The position numbers and the translations under genes were made by a program. This document shows, piece by piece, positions 10,493-21,057 of a DNA stretch of 43,411 bases. Numbering within the stretch: position 1 is the stretch's first letter; each line of letters begins with the position of its first letter. The DNA is from Promethearchaeota archaeon (GTDB lineage: Archaea > Asgardarchaeota > Lokiarchaeia > Sigyniarchaeales > SOKP01): the NCBI GenBank assembly GCA_016926735.1, contig JAFGOA010000198.1, positions 1-43,411 on the forward strand, read 5' to 3'. The notes under the pieces are model-generated. The model worked only from the letters and a program-made list of their open reading frames with translations, had not been told where the DNA came from and did not search any database.

Positions 10493-11659
10493 TTATAATT
10501 CTTGTGTAAAATCTTCTATTCTATTCATAGCTTCTTCTAATAGACTGATATCAGTTGCATATGAAATCCTCAGTGTATTATTTGAGAAACTCCCAAAAAC
10601 ATCTCCCGGAACTATTGCTACTCCTTTTTCCTTAATAATTCTTTCAGAAAATTCTTGACCTGTTATTTGAAATTCTTCAACAGATGGCATAATATAAAAA
10701 GCTCCCCTTGGTTTCACAACACCAAATCCCATTTTTTTTAACCTTTTATATGAAAAATCTCTTCTTTCTTTAAAATTATGAATTATATCTTTGAAGAAAT
10801 CTTTATTCATCTTTAATCCTTCTATAAATCCAAATTGTGCAGCATGATTTGTCCCTGCAACTGTATATTGATGATATTTTTCCATAAGATCTATAATTTT
10901 TTCATTTGCAACCACATATCCTAAACGAAATCCAGTTGCAGAATATAATTTTGACATTGCATTTATTGTAATCGTTCTTTCCAACAAATCTTTAAAAGAC
11001 GCTGGACTAATATGTTCCGCTTCATCATAGATATAATTTTCATAAACTTCATCTGAAATAAGATAAAGGTCAAATTCCAAAACAATATCTATCAAATTTT
11101 TTATTTCTTTTGAAGTAAAGACATAACCTGTGGGATTATTAGGAGAATTAATGAGTATTGCTTTAGTTTTTTTCGAAATTATTTTTCTCAAATTTTCAAA
11201 ATCTGGAGAAAAATCTTGCTTTCTTTTAATTTCTTTTACAGTCACACCAAAAAAGTATCCTAAATAAAAATAAGAAATAAAATTAGGAGAAAATAAAATT
11301 AATTCATCACCTATATTAAAAATTGAAGCAAATGTTAAGGTTAATGCTTGACTTCCACCATTTGAAATTATTATATTTTTATTCCAATCTACTTCAATAT
11401 TATTATCTCTTTTAACTTTTTCCTCCAATAACTGCAATAGTTCTGGATTCCCTCTTGTTGGAGCATATTGAGTGATATTTTTTTCTAAGGCTCTTATATT
11501 TCCTTGAATTATTGGATATGGGGTTTTAAAATCGGGTTGTCCTATACCTAGACTTATTATATCAGAACGACCAGAAGCAAGATTAAAAAGTTCTCTAATT
11601 TTTGATTTAGGAGTTTTATTTGCTAAGATATATGATAATTCTTTCATAACTATTTTCAC
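10493..11659 (-). CDS. PLP-dependent class I/II aminotransferase (aspartate aminotransferase-like)
   Basis: GQPDF, NSPNNPTG, SDEVY, SKLYSATGFRLGY, GAFY, LRISYA. Confidence 0.93.
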   Translation of the reverse strand: MKIVMKELSYILANKTPKSKIRELFNLASGRSDIISLGIGQPDFKTPYPIIQGNIRALEKNITQYAPTRGNPELLQLLEEKVKRDNNIEVDWNKNIIISNGGSQALTLTFASIFNIGDELILFSPNFISYFYLGYFFGVTVKEIKRKQDFSPDFENLRKIISKKTKAILINSPNNPTGYVFTSKEIKNLIDIVLEFDLYLISDEVYENYIYDEAEHISPASFKDLLERTITINAMSKLYSATGFRLGYVVANEKIIDLMEKYHQYTVAGTNHAAQFGFIEGLKMNKDFFKDIIHNFKERRDFSYKRLKKMGFGVVKPRGAFYIMPSVEEFQITGQEFSERIIKEKGVAIVPGDVFGSFSNNTLRISYATDISLLEEAMNRIEDFTQEL

Positions 11660-11842
11660 ACTACTAATTAAAAATTAAGATTTTATGATTTAATATAAAT
11701 TTTATTCAAATTAATTAGTATGAATCATAATTACTATTAAAAAGTGAAGATTCTTTTTCTAAAATCAATTGGCTATATAAAGAATATTTTCAATGATTTT
11801 ATTTAAAATTTATAACCATATAAAAGTTTTATAATTAGAAAA

Positions 11843-12397
11843 TTAGAGACCCTCAACATTTTGTCTTCTTAGGATTTCGATTACTAAATTCTCAAATGCT
11901 TTGTTAACATAATCACCATATTTAGCAGAAGTCTCGATAAATTCAGTAGCATTTATCTGTTCTGCCATTTTCTTTCCTTCTTCTGTAGGAACTATTCTTT
12001 CGTTTTCTAGATCCATTTTATTCCCTATTAACATATAAACTCCTTCTTTCTTAACGTACTTCCTGAAATCTTCATACCATTTTGTCTTTATTGCATCAAA
12101 TGTATTATGTCGTGTAATGTCATACACTAATAAACCTGCTACACAGCCTTGAAAATACATACTTCTTATAACATTATATTTTTCCTGACCTGCGAGGTCC
12201 CACATAATTAAACGAATTCGAGCATTTATTTTTTCAATATGTACATCTTTACGAATGATATTCGCACCTAAAGTAGGTTTATAATCTTCAGCGAAGGATC
12301 CTTCTACATATTGATTAATAAGTGATGTTTTTCCAACTGCAGCTTCACCTAGAATTGTTATTTTAAATACATATTCTTTAATTTCATCTGTTGACAT
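11843..12397 (-). CDS. Rab-like small GTPase
   Basis: GEAAVGKTS, YKPTLG, WDLAGQEKY, GNKMD, ETSAK. Confidence 0.93.
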   Translation of the reverse strand: MSTDEIKEYVFKITILGEAAVGKTSLINQYVEGSFAEDYKPTLGANIIRKDVHIEKINARIRLIMWDLAGQEKYNVIRSMYFQGCVAGLLVYDITRHNTFDAIKTKWYEDFRKYVKKEGVYMLIGNKMDLENERIVPTEEGKKMAEQINATEFIETSAKYGDYVNKAFENLVIEILRRQNVEGL

Positions 12398-12439
12398 ATC
12401 TTTACAATCCTCTGATTGTTATTAATATATTGTTTTATT

Positions 12440-13006
12440 TTATTTAATTTTTTTTTTTATTTTTAGAGAAAATATAAAAGTATTGTGATTAGGATCTTGA
12501 AGATCTTCTTGATTAATTTGATATATTACTTCTTTTTCTGAAGTTAAGGTTTTTTCCAGAGTGTGTACAATAAATCCTTTGAATAAAGTGCATGGAATTC
12601 CTATTTCAGAACAAAAGATACAATTCCGTACTTTAATTTTAATCTCATCCTCTGTTCGATCAATTATTTCAATATCCCAATCTGTATTAATTAACTCGGT
12701 AATTTCTTTTATACTTTCTTCAAATTTTTTTCCAAAAGGAAAGAGATAGAAAGAAAATTTTCTACCAATTTCAAATAATAATTCACTACATTGATATAAT
12801 AGACAATTTTGAGCTGTTAATATTTTCTTAAAAGAAAAATAATCTATCGTACTATCTGGATTAAAATCTTTCTGATTTCTTAAATGAAGTAAACCTGCTT
12901 CCTTTAATATTGATTTCATTCCATCATAATCAAGAGTATCGAGATAAGTTTGCAATAAAGCAGTTACAACTCTGTTCCTGACTTTTCCCTTATATTCCCC
13001 AATCAT
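12440..13006 (-). CDS. V4R-like domain protein
   Basis: IKIKVRNCIFC..PCTLFKGFIVHTLE Cys pattern, with an N-terminal helical part like other V4R proteins. Confidence 0.6.
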   Translation of the reverse strand: MIGEYKGKVRNRVVTALLQTYLDTLDYDGMKSILKEAGLLHLRNQKDFNPDSTIDYFSFKKILTAQNCLLYQCSELLFEIGRKFSFYLFPFGKKFEESIKEITELINTDWDIEIIDRTEDEIKIKVRNCIFCSEIGIPCTLFKGFIVHTLEKTLTSEKEVIYQINQEDLQDPNHNTFIFSLKIKKKIK

Positions 13007-13028
13007 TTAAGAATTCATTTTTACCTTA

Positions 13029-13460
13029 TTAATTTATATTTAAAAGTGATACTTTAAATTGATTATTATATAGCCTTTTAATTTTAGAAGATGTTTCATA
13101 TATATATACTTCTCCAGTTACTGATATAATACTTGGTTGACCTAAATGTCCCCCATTCACTGAGAAATCATTTCTACCAACAATTATATGGAGATGAATT
13201 AGTGGATCTTCATCCTTATAGGAAATATTACCCATGCAGCTTAATAATTCAACATCGTCTATAATTGTTTCAAATTTATAATCCTTCTGTGTAATATCAA
13301 AATACCCCAATGTTACTTTTTTTAAAGCTCCAATTATATTTATCAAACCAGATTTTATATTATGTTTTTTAACAATTTTTATTAAAGAATCAATAATATC
13401 CTCATCTGGATATAGTTTTGCTATAATTACTCTCTCAGCAGAGGTTTCAATACTATTCAT
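13029..13460 (-). CDS. PPC/DUF296 domain protein
   Basis: IGAL..LGYF, ELLSCMGNIS, IHLHIIVG, GGHL. Confidence 0.9.
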   Translation of the reverse strand: MNSIETSAERVIIAKLYPDEDIIDSLIKIVKKHNIKSGLINIIGALKKVTLGYFDITQKDYKFETIIDDVELLSCMGNISYKDEDPLIHLHIIVGRNDFSVNGGHLGQPSIISVTGEVYIYETSSKIKRLYNNQFKVSLLNIN

Positions 13461-13674
13461 AATACTTGATAATTAAATATATAACTACACTTTTATAAAA
13501 TTGTCTACATTTCTATATCTTTTTTTTAATTAAAATAATTAATTAAAAAAAAAAGATTTAATTTATTAATTCTAAAAATCTGGAAAATTTAATTATATAT
13601 TCCACTGATAAATTAAAATATCCTTATAGATAAAAGAATAAATTTTTAATTAAAAGATCTTTAAAAATGATGAT

Positions 13675-14559
13675 ATGACAGAGAAAGTAAATATCTCCGG
13701 TGTTGACATTTTTCTTACCCAACCAGTAGAAGTAGACTTAGAATGGGTTGGTGATGAGAGTGTTATTAATCAATTAAAAGCAGCATGGTTAGTTATAGAA
13801 AAAGGAGATTTACCCCTTACTCCTAGAATCTTAGGGAAACCAGGGATAGGAAAAACAACTTTAGCTTATGCTACAGGTAAAAGACTTAATCAAGATGTAT
13901 ATATTTTTCAATGTACAATGGATACAAGACCTGAAGATTTATTGGTCTCCCCCGTTATAGCTTCAGATAAATCAATAAAATATGTTGGAAGTTCATTAAT
14001 CTCTGCTATGATTAAAGGAGGTATATGTCTTTTGGATGAGGGAAATAGGATGAGTGAAAAAAGTTGGGCTTCACTAGCTCCTCTGATGGATAAAAGAAGA
14101 TATATTGAAAGTATTATTACTGGATTAAGAATTTATGCTCATCCAGATTTCCGTCTATGTGTTACAATGAATAGTGATTCAAGTACTTATGAAATTCCTG
14201 AATATATTCTAAGTAGAATGATTAAAATACAATTAGATTTTCCAGATAAAACTGATGAATTTCAAATTTTAAAATATAATATACCCTATTCTACAGATGA
14301 ACTTTTAAATTATTGCGTTGAATTTCTTCAAAATGCTCATATGCATGAGGAACCATATGTTGTCAGGGATGCTATAAAAATTTTAAGATTATATATAAAA
14401 ACGAGAGAACTTTATAAAGAAGATAAAAATCGATTGGATAAAAATAAGTTTAAAGAAATAATCAAAAATATATTAGATCCTTACGCGACTAAATATTGTC
14501 CCGATGAATTTGTAAAGTTATTAAAAAATCCAAAAAATAATCCAGAAAATATAATTTAA
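13675..14559 (+). CDS. MoxR/CbbQ-like AAA+ ATPase
   Basis: Walker A GKPGIGKT, Walker B LLDEGNR, HPDFRLCVTMN. Confidence 0.85.
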   Translation: MTEKVNISGVDIFLTQPVEVDLEWVGDESVINQLKAAWLVIEKGDLPLTPRILGKPGIGKTTLAYATGKRLNQDVYIFQCTMDTRPEDLLVSPVIASDKSIKYVGSSLISAMIKGGICLLDEGNRMSEKSWASLAPLMDKRRYIESIITGLRIYAHPDFRLCVTMNSDSSTYEIPEYILSRMIKIQLDFPDKTDEFQILKYNIPYSTDELLNYCVEFLQNAHMHEEPYVVRDAIKILRLYIKTRELYKEDKNRLDKNKFKEIIKNILDPYATKYCPDEFVKLLKNPKNNPENII

Positions 14560-14648
14560 TTTGATGTTGATTATCATAAATAGTTATTAATAAAATTATT
14601 TGATTAAAATCCATAAAAACACATAATTTTTTATTAATAATTTGATAT

Positions 14649-15629
14649 TTATTCATTTGGATATTTTAAATTCCATTGGGCTCGTATAATATCCATAGTT
14701 TTTATGACCTCTAAAGTATCATTCAAAGGCATTATTTTACTTTCTAATTTATTTTGATTTATGCAGCTAACCACTTCATTTATTTCATAATTATATCCAT
14801 TTGATTCATAGGGTATTTCTATTGATTTTTGAGTTTTATTGTTCAAATGGATAATTATTCTTGAAGGGTGAAAAAAGTCAGGAACTTCAATATATCCTTC
14901 CTTTCCATAAATATAAGCTGTATGAGGAATATTAAAAATAAATGAGGATGAACATATAGCAGTTTTATTATTTTCATATTCTAATAAATAAGAAGAAAAT
15001 TCATCTATTTTTGTATCTCCAAGAGAAACACTACTTTGGATTCTTTTAGGTGCACATTGATAAATCATTTGAGTAAAAGATATTGGATATACTCCTAAAT
15101 CAAGTAGAGCTCCCCCTCCTAAATTTAAATTTGTTAACCTTTCTATTCCACTTACATTTATACCAAAATCTGCTTTAATATGATATACCCTTCCAATAAT
15201 ATTCTCTATTAACAATATTTTTAATTCTCTGATACAAGGGAAAAATCTCATCCACATTGCTTCCATTAGAAATCTCTTTTTTTCTTTTGAAATTTTTATA
15301 AGTTTTTCTGCTTGCTTGGCATTTAAAGTAAATGGTTTTTCACACAAGACATGTTTATTATTTTTTAAACATAGTAAGGTATTATTAAAATGAAGATTAT
15401 TTGTAGTCGCAATATATATAACATCTATATTAGGATCTTTAACTAAACTTTCATAATCCGTATAGTATGTCTTAATTTTGAACTTTTTACTAAATTTTTT
15501 AGCATTCCCTTGTGTTTGAGATGCCACTGCGTGTAATGTGGTATTTTTACATGATCTAAATGCTTTAACAAATTCTTGTGCAATTTTACCACATCCAATA
15601 ATTCCCCATTTAATTATTTGTTCTACCAT
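14649..15629 (-). CDS. Gfo/Idh/MocA family oxidoreductase
   Basis: WGIIGCGKIA, HVLCEKP, MEAMW, GGGALLDLGVY. Confidence 0.93.
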   Translation of the reverse strand: MVEQIIKWGIIGCGKIAQEFVKAFRSCKNTTLHAVASQTQGNAKKFSKKFKIKTYYTDYESLVKDPNIDVIYIATTNNLHFNNTLLCLKNNKHVLCEKPFTLNAKQAEKLIKISKEKKRFLMEAMWMRFFPCIRELKILLIENIIGRVYHIKADFGINVSGIERLTNLNLGGGALLDLGVYPISFTQMIYQCAPKRIQSSVSLGDTKIDEFSSYLLEYENNKTAICSSSFIFNIPHTAYIYGKEGYIEVPDFFHPSRIIIHLNNKTQKSIEIPYESNGYNYEINEVVSCINQNKLESKIMPLNDTLEVIKTMDIIRAQWNLKYPNE

Positions 15630-15709
15630 TATTTATACTGTATTTTATTAATAAAATTTAAAGTTATTTTTTCTTATATTTATTAAAACAAAGACTTTTT
15701 GAAAAAGAA

Positions 15710-17692
15710 ATGGATAAAAATCCTTTTATAAGATATGAAAATTTATATATAATTCCTTCTTTTCATTGTAGAATCGAATTTGCTAAATTAGTAATAAAAA
15801 CATTTTATAAAATTTATCCTGATGTAATTGCTGTTGAATTACCGCCTACAATTAAAGATTATATCATTGAAGCTACAGATAGATTGCCTTATTTATCATT
15901 AATTGGATATGCTGATGAATTATCTCCTAAAAACATGTATTTTATTCCAATAGATCCAGGAGATTCTATCATAGAAGCAATATTATTGGGTAAAAAACAT
16001 AATATTCCTATTGAATTTATAGATTTTTCTGTAAAAAATTATCATCCTGAAGATATTAAATTACCAGATGATTATATCATTAGTAAAATTGGATTACAAA
16101 ATTTTTATGAGAATATCTCTAATTTTATAAAAAAAAAAAGATCAGAGAAGGACTTGGATTTTAGAAATAATTTTGATTTTAATAATCGCCTAGAGAAACA
16201 TTATGATCCTGAAAAAAACACAAATAACTTAGAAAAAGACATAATGAGAGAGATGTATATGGCTTCAAGATTGATAGAACTTAAACAAGTATATAAAAAA
16301 GTCTTAGTTGTTTTAGGAATGGGTCATTGGGATCATGTTAAATATTATTTATCTCACTCAGATAAACTTAAATCCATTAATACAAATATAGTTCCTAATG
16401 AATTCATAAAAATTTATAATGTTAGAGCTAAAGATGCTAGATTTTTAATAAGAGAACTTCCATTCAGTACTTTTAAATGGGTAAATTTTAAAAAAATAAT
16501 CTCTAAAGAGATGTTGGATACTATTGAATCTCCAGCTCAATTGGAAAATCTAATTGATAAATTTGACAAAAAATACCATATTAATGAAATTTTCTTTAAT
16601 TCTAAGGAAAAATACCAGAAAGAATTTAAAGAAATAATTAATCTTCATAGAATGAAATTATTATTTCGATACTTAAGGAATTTATCTATAATAGAAAGTA
16701 AATTTCTACCAAATTTAATTGATCTTATCATTGCTTCTAAAAATATTATTGATGATGATTTTGCTTGGAAAGTTATGAAAAAAGCATCTTTTTACCCGTT
16801 TAATGATCTGACTGAGAAATATGAAACTTTAAAATTATCATATAAAGGAGCTTATGATTCAAATGGTCGATTTATTAAATTAAGAAGACATCATTCTTAT
16901 TATTACAAAGAAAATAAAATTAATCCATTAAAAACTAGACCTGAAGAAAAATATCCAGGAGAATGGAGGAAGAAATGGAATCAAGGAGGTATAACATGTT
17001 CTTATCCTCCTGAAGATCTTATTCAAGAAAATTATTTTACATATCTAAGAAAGAGGGCTATTAAGAATTTAAAAAATAAAAGGATTAAAATTGAAGAGTT
17101 CCATTCCAGTATAAAAGATGGAATTGCAATTAAAGAAACTATAAGAGATTGGGGGATAAAAAAAAATATTTATATCAAAAATGAACAAATGATACAAGGA
17201 AGAATTGATACTATTGTTATTATCTTTAATAAGGATACACTCGAAAAAGAACAATATCCATATAAGTTAACTTGGTGGGCAGAGCATGATATGGAATGTG
17301 ATATGGCATTTTATGCTACAAATCCTGGGGATTATCTGATTGGACCTGGAATCTCTCATGTGGAAGTTGGTGGAGTACTATCTATTTTTCCTCCCTTGTA
17401 TCTGGCTCCTATATTTGAATCATATATGGATGAAAAATTTAAAGATACAAAAAATAAAGCTGAAAGATTATTAAAAGCAGCTATCATATATTCTAAAGAA
17501 AAATACATATTATATATTGCAAAAAATTTACCAAGAAAATATTTTTTTTCTTTAGCTGGAGTAAAACATAAAGATATTATTTTTATCCCATTGGAACATT
17601 TTTCAAAAGAATCATATAAAACATTAAAACATATGCATATATTAAATGATAAAAAAACCAGAAAAATTGCCCATAAATATATTCTTATTTAA
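15710..17692 (+). CDS. Conserved hypothetical protein with a TraB/ChaN-like N-terminal region
   Basis: 660-aa ORF; H..PDVIAVELP, REMYMASRL..VLVVLGMGHW resemble TraB/Tiki-superfamily motifs. Confidence 0.55.
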   Translation: MDKNPFIRYENLYIIPSFHCRIEFAKLVIKTFYKIYPDVIAVELPPTIKDYIIEATDRLPYLSLIGYADELSPKNMYFIPIDPGDSIIEAILLGKKHNIPIEFIDFSVKNYHPEDIKLPDDYIISKIGLQNFYENISNFIKKKRSEKDLDFRNNFDFNNRLEKHYDPEKNTNNLEKDIMREMYMASRLIELKQVYKKVLVVLGMGHWDHVKYYLSHSDKLKSINTNIVPNEFIKIYNVRAKDARFLIRELPFSTFKWVNFKKIISKEMLDTIESPAQLENLIDKFDKKYHINEIFFNSKEKYQKEFKEIINLHRMKLLFRYLRNLSIIESKFLPNLIDLIIASKNIIDDDFAWKVMKKASFYPFNDLTEKYETLKLSYKGAYDSNGRFIKLRRHHSYYYKENKINPLKTRPEEKYPGEWRKKWNQGGITCSYPPEDLIQENYFTYLRKRAIKNLKNKRIKIEEFHSSIKDGIAIKETIRDWGIKKNIYIKNEQMIQGRIDTIVIIFNKDTLEKEQYPYKLTWWAEHDMECDMAFYATNPGDYLIGPGISHVEVGGVLSIFPPLYLAPIFESYMDEKFKDTKNKAERLLKAAIIYSKEKYILYIAKNLPRKYFFSLAGVKHKDIIFIPLEHFSKESYKTLKHMHILNDKKTRKIAHKYILI

Positions 17693-17801
17693 TAAGATCA
17701 TATAGAGATCTTGTAAAATTTAAAAGATATAAATTAAAAAACTCTAAAGTTAGGATTTTTAAAAATAACAAATAAATTAAGAAAAAAATGAAATCATTAT
17801 A

Positions 17802-19505
17802 TTATTTTTCTATAGATTCAAGTAGATTTTCTATTTTACTTTGAATAACTTCTGGCTTTTCTGCTTCTTGATCTTTAAGAGCCAATTTTTTTTCAATATC
17901 AGCTCTATGTACTGTATTCATCGCACAAAAAGGAATTTCTCTAACTTTTGTTGGATCTTCTGGATCGATTACTCCATAATGAACAAGACATCTTTTAACT
18001 CTGTCTAAATCAAAATTATATGCATCTTGAAAATGCATAGCACTTATTAATAGATTACGTGTGTGAAGAAAATTACCCGCAGACTCCAAACTCGGATTAA
18101 GTACTAATTTAGCAAAAGATTGATAAGTTTTGCTTGTTAATATCTTTTGAGGATTTTTAACATATTTTGCTAATCCCGCAAAAAAATATGCTTTCATTGT
18201 TTGGCGATATCCTATGTTAGTTACATTATCAACAAAACTACTAATTTTATCACTAAAAGAACCAAGGTTCGATAAATCTAAACCTTTTATCCAATTTGAA
18301 GGTTTTGGAACTTCTTTATTATAAACCATATTATAGATCTTATTTGACCATTTTATTAATCCTTCAACATTAAAAAAGTTCTCAATTGGTTCCCATTCAC
18401 CTTTTTCGTTTATTATGCATATTGTAGCAAAACCACAATCTTTATGGCTTAACATAGACCATTCTGGTTTGTTGTCAAACCATGCGAGCAATTTAGTTAA
18501 TTTGGCTGTAGTCGCTATTGGATAAAATTTTGTAAGTGCTCCATTCGTATGTTTATTTATAGCAATCTTTAAATCTGATGTAGTAAATCTTAAGTCCATT
18601 AATTCTTCAAAACTAATCCTACCACATAAAGATATAGGTTGAAAAACAACACCTGAGATAACATCTGCATTATTTTTAGCAAATTCTAAAATATTTCCAA
18701 TTTCATGATCATTAACTCCTTTAGCAACTGTTGGAACAAGCATTACACCGTATTGTCCTACTTTACGACAATTTTCAATTACTCTTTTTTTCAAAGGCCA
18801 AAGATTAACACCTCTTACCTTTTTCCAAGTCTCAGGATCATCTGTTGCATCAAATTGTAAATAAATTGCATCTACTCCTGCTTCATGTATTTTTCTTGTG
18901 TATTCTAAGGATTTTCCCATTCTTACTCCATTAGTAGAAACCATAACCTCTATAAAACCTAATTCTTTTCCAATCTTAATTAATTCCGGTAGATCCTCTC
19001 TTACTGTAGGTTCTCCACCTGCAAATTGGAGCATAGGAGCAGGAGTAGGTTTCATAGATCGAAAATATTTCATTATCTTGACTATATCATCAAAAGAGGG
19101 TTCAACCACATATCCTTTTGCACTTGCATTGGCAAAACATATTGGACATGCAAGATTACATCGATTTGTCACATCTATTAGGCATATACAAGGTGCTGAT
19201 TGATGATTTTCACAAATTCCGCAATCATAAGGACATCCTTTCTTAGTTGATTTTATTCCATCACATACATAAATTGGCTTGGATGTATTATTTTCAGTTG
19301 AACCTATTTCATCTGTAAAATTCTGAGCCCATTTATATTCATCAGGGTTAATAGAAAGCTTATCTTTAAAGTTTCCATGATCCTTACAATTTTTTCGCAT
19401 CATTACCCAATTAGTCACTGGATCAATATATATTTCCGCAGGGATTTGCTGTAAACACTCAGGACATAAGCTTGTAGTGGTATTTATAATCTCTTCTTTT
19501 ATCAT
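17802..19505 (-). CDS. tes: Radical SAM tetraether lipid synthase family protein (Tes/GDGT-MAS, MJ0619-like)
   Basis: N-terminal SLCPEC..CKDHG, CPYDCGICENH, radical SAM CNLACPICFANA, GGEPT, C-terminal FQDAYNFDLDRVKRCLVHY..IPFCAMN. Confidence 0.8.
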   Translation of the reverse strand: MIKEEIINTTTSLCPECLQQIPAEIYIDPVTNWVMMRKNCKDHGNFKDKLSINPDEYKWAQNFTDEIGSTENNTSKPIYVCDGIKSTKKGCPYDCGICENHQSAPCICLIDVTNRCNLACPICFANASAKGYVVEPSFDDIVKIMKYFRSMKPTPAPMLQFAGGEPTVREDLPELIKIGKELGFIEVMVSTNGVRMGKSLEYTRKIHEAGVDAIYLQFDATDDPETWKKVRGVNLWPLKKRVIENCRKVGQYGVMLVPTVAKGVNDHEIGNILEFAKNNADVISGVVFQPISLCGRISFEELMDLRFTTSDLKIAINKHTNGALTKFYPIATTAKLTKLLAWFDNKPEWSMLSHKDCGFATICIINEKGEWEPIENFFNVEGLIKWSNKIYNMVYNKEVPKPSNWIKGLDLSNLGSFSDKISSFVDNVTNIGYRQTMKAYFFAGLAKYVKNPQKILTSKTYQSFAKLVLNPSLESAGNFLHTRNLLISAMHFQDAYNFDLDRVKRCLVHYGVIDPEDPTKVREIPFCAMNTVHRADIEKKLALKDQEAEKPEVIQSKIENLLESIEK

Positions 19506-19890
19506 TAAGCTTACTACTCTTTATCTTATTATTTTATTTAATAAATATCCTATTTAATCAAATAATTATTTTTTTTTTAAAAATACTTTGTTAAATCTAA
19601 TACGATGTTAGATATTATTTAATCTCTTTTAAATCCTTTATTTTTTGAATATTACTCTTATTTTTATTTGACTAATATCTTATAATTATTATATGAATTC
19701 TTGATTTAACTATTTTCTTTTAAATAATCTAATTAATGAAATTTCAATTTTTTTTTCTATTTAGATTGATAATCCAAATAAAATTCAACAGAATTTTAAA
19801 TTTTATAATATAATAAAAATAAATGATTCAATTGTTAAGAAATAATAGTGATCATTAATTGATATTTCATAAAATAAAAGAATAATCTAA

Positions 19891-20298
19891 ATGATTTTTA
19901 TGGCAGAGAAAGAACTGATAAATAGAAAGAGTGAGCCAGAATTTAAAATTGATATAATATTTATAATATTAGTTATTATTGGCTTTATAATTTCATGGAT
20001 TAATATGTGGTTGATAGAAAATACTCCTCTTCAAGGGAGCCCTCTTTGGAATTTAAAAGTATTTGCTTATTTATCGATTATCTTTACAACTGCAATTCCT
20101 TGTGTTATAATTGGAATTAAGAATAGAATCTGGGCATATGGATATATTATTGGTTTTGCAGTAGCAGGACTTCCCTTTTCATTTTTTAATATCTATACAG
20201 GGTTATATACATTTATAACTACATTATTAATATTTTCTATAATGTGGTTAATATTTTGGAAAGCTTGGAGATCTTTAAGTTCAATCAAAACAATTTAA
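19891..20298 (+). CDS. Hypothetical membrane protein with about 4 TM helices
   Basis: Four hydrophobic stretches in 135 aa. Confidence 0.7.
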   Translation: MIFMAEKELINRKSEPEFKIDIIFIILVIIGFIISWINMWLIENTPLQGSPLWNLKVFAYLSIIFTTAIPCVIIGIKNRIWAYGYIIGFAVAGLPFSFFNIYTGLYTFITTLLIFSIMWLIFWKAWRSLSSIKTI

Positions 20299-20354
20299 AA
20301 CTCATTATAGACTATATAAATTAAAAGAAAGATAAAATTAGTATATAAAAGATA

Positions 20355-20813
20355 TTACTTTAATACTTGAATATCTTCAAAAATTACATCTACTACTTTT
20401 TCTATTTGCAGGAATCTGCGTTTAACTTCCTCAATATTCCCTTTTTCTAATTCATCTCCAATAATAAATGCTTCATAATAACAATCTTTGACTTCATAAC
20501 ATAATCCAGTTATATGTAAAACATATTTACGAAGATCCAACTGCTTCAATACATCTGATATGCCATTTACTAAATCTGGTGAAAATTCTTCTAATTTGAT
20601 AAGAATTTTTTTAATATTATTAGATTTTGTAGGGAAACAGTTAATCTTTAGGACTTCTTCTCTTGATATAAAGATGAGTAAATAGAAGGAGGCATCAAGC
20701 ACTTCATTTCTAATTTCATTTGGAAAGATTTTATTTGATTTTAATTCATTATTATCTATAATAAGCCCTGTGGATATTTTTTTCTTTTTTATTTCTTCTT
20801 TTTCTTCAACCAT
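20355..20813 (-). CDS. Hypothetical protein with a possible ACT-like C-terminal domain
   Basis: 152-aa ORF with a beta-alpha-beta-beta-alpha-beta pattern in the C-terminal half. Confidence 0.55.
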   Translation of the reverse strand: MVEEKEEIKKKKISTGLIIDNNELKSNKIFPNEIRNEVLDASFYLLIFISREEVLKINCFPTKSNNIKKILIKLEEFSPDLVNGISDVLKQLDLRKYVLHITGLCYEVKDCYYEAFIIGDELEKGNIEEVKRRFLQIEKVVDVIFEDIQVLK

Positions 20814-21057
20814 ATGAATTCAACGAAATTAATTTATAAAATTTAAAGAATTTAATTAATTTAATTTTATTCACATATTATTTAATCTTTTTTTTTCTTC
20901 TGTAGAAAGAAATTAACTTTCAGGTTTTTTTTTTTTAAAATTATAAAGATATTCTCTGAATAATATCGAAATCATATTTATATTTTTTATCAGAAATCGG
21001 TTTTTTACAATAAATCTCAAAAAATTTTTTATATCCATTTTAGAGAGAAGAATATCA

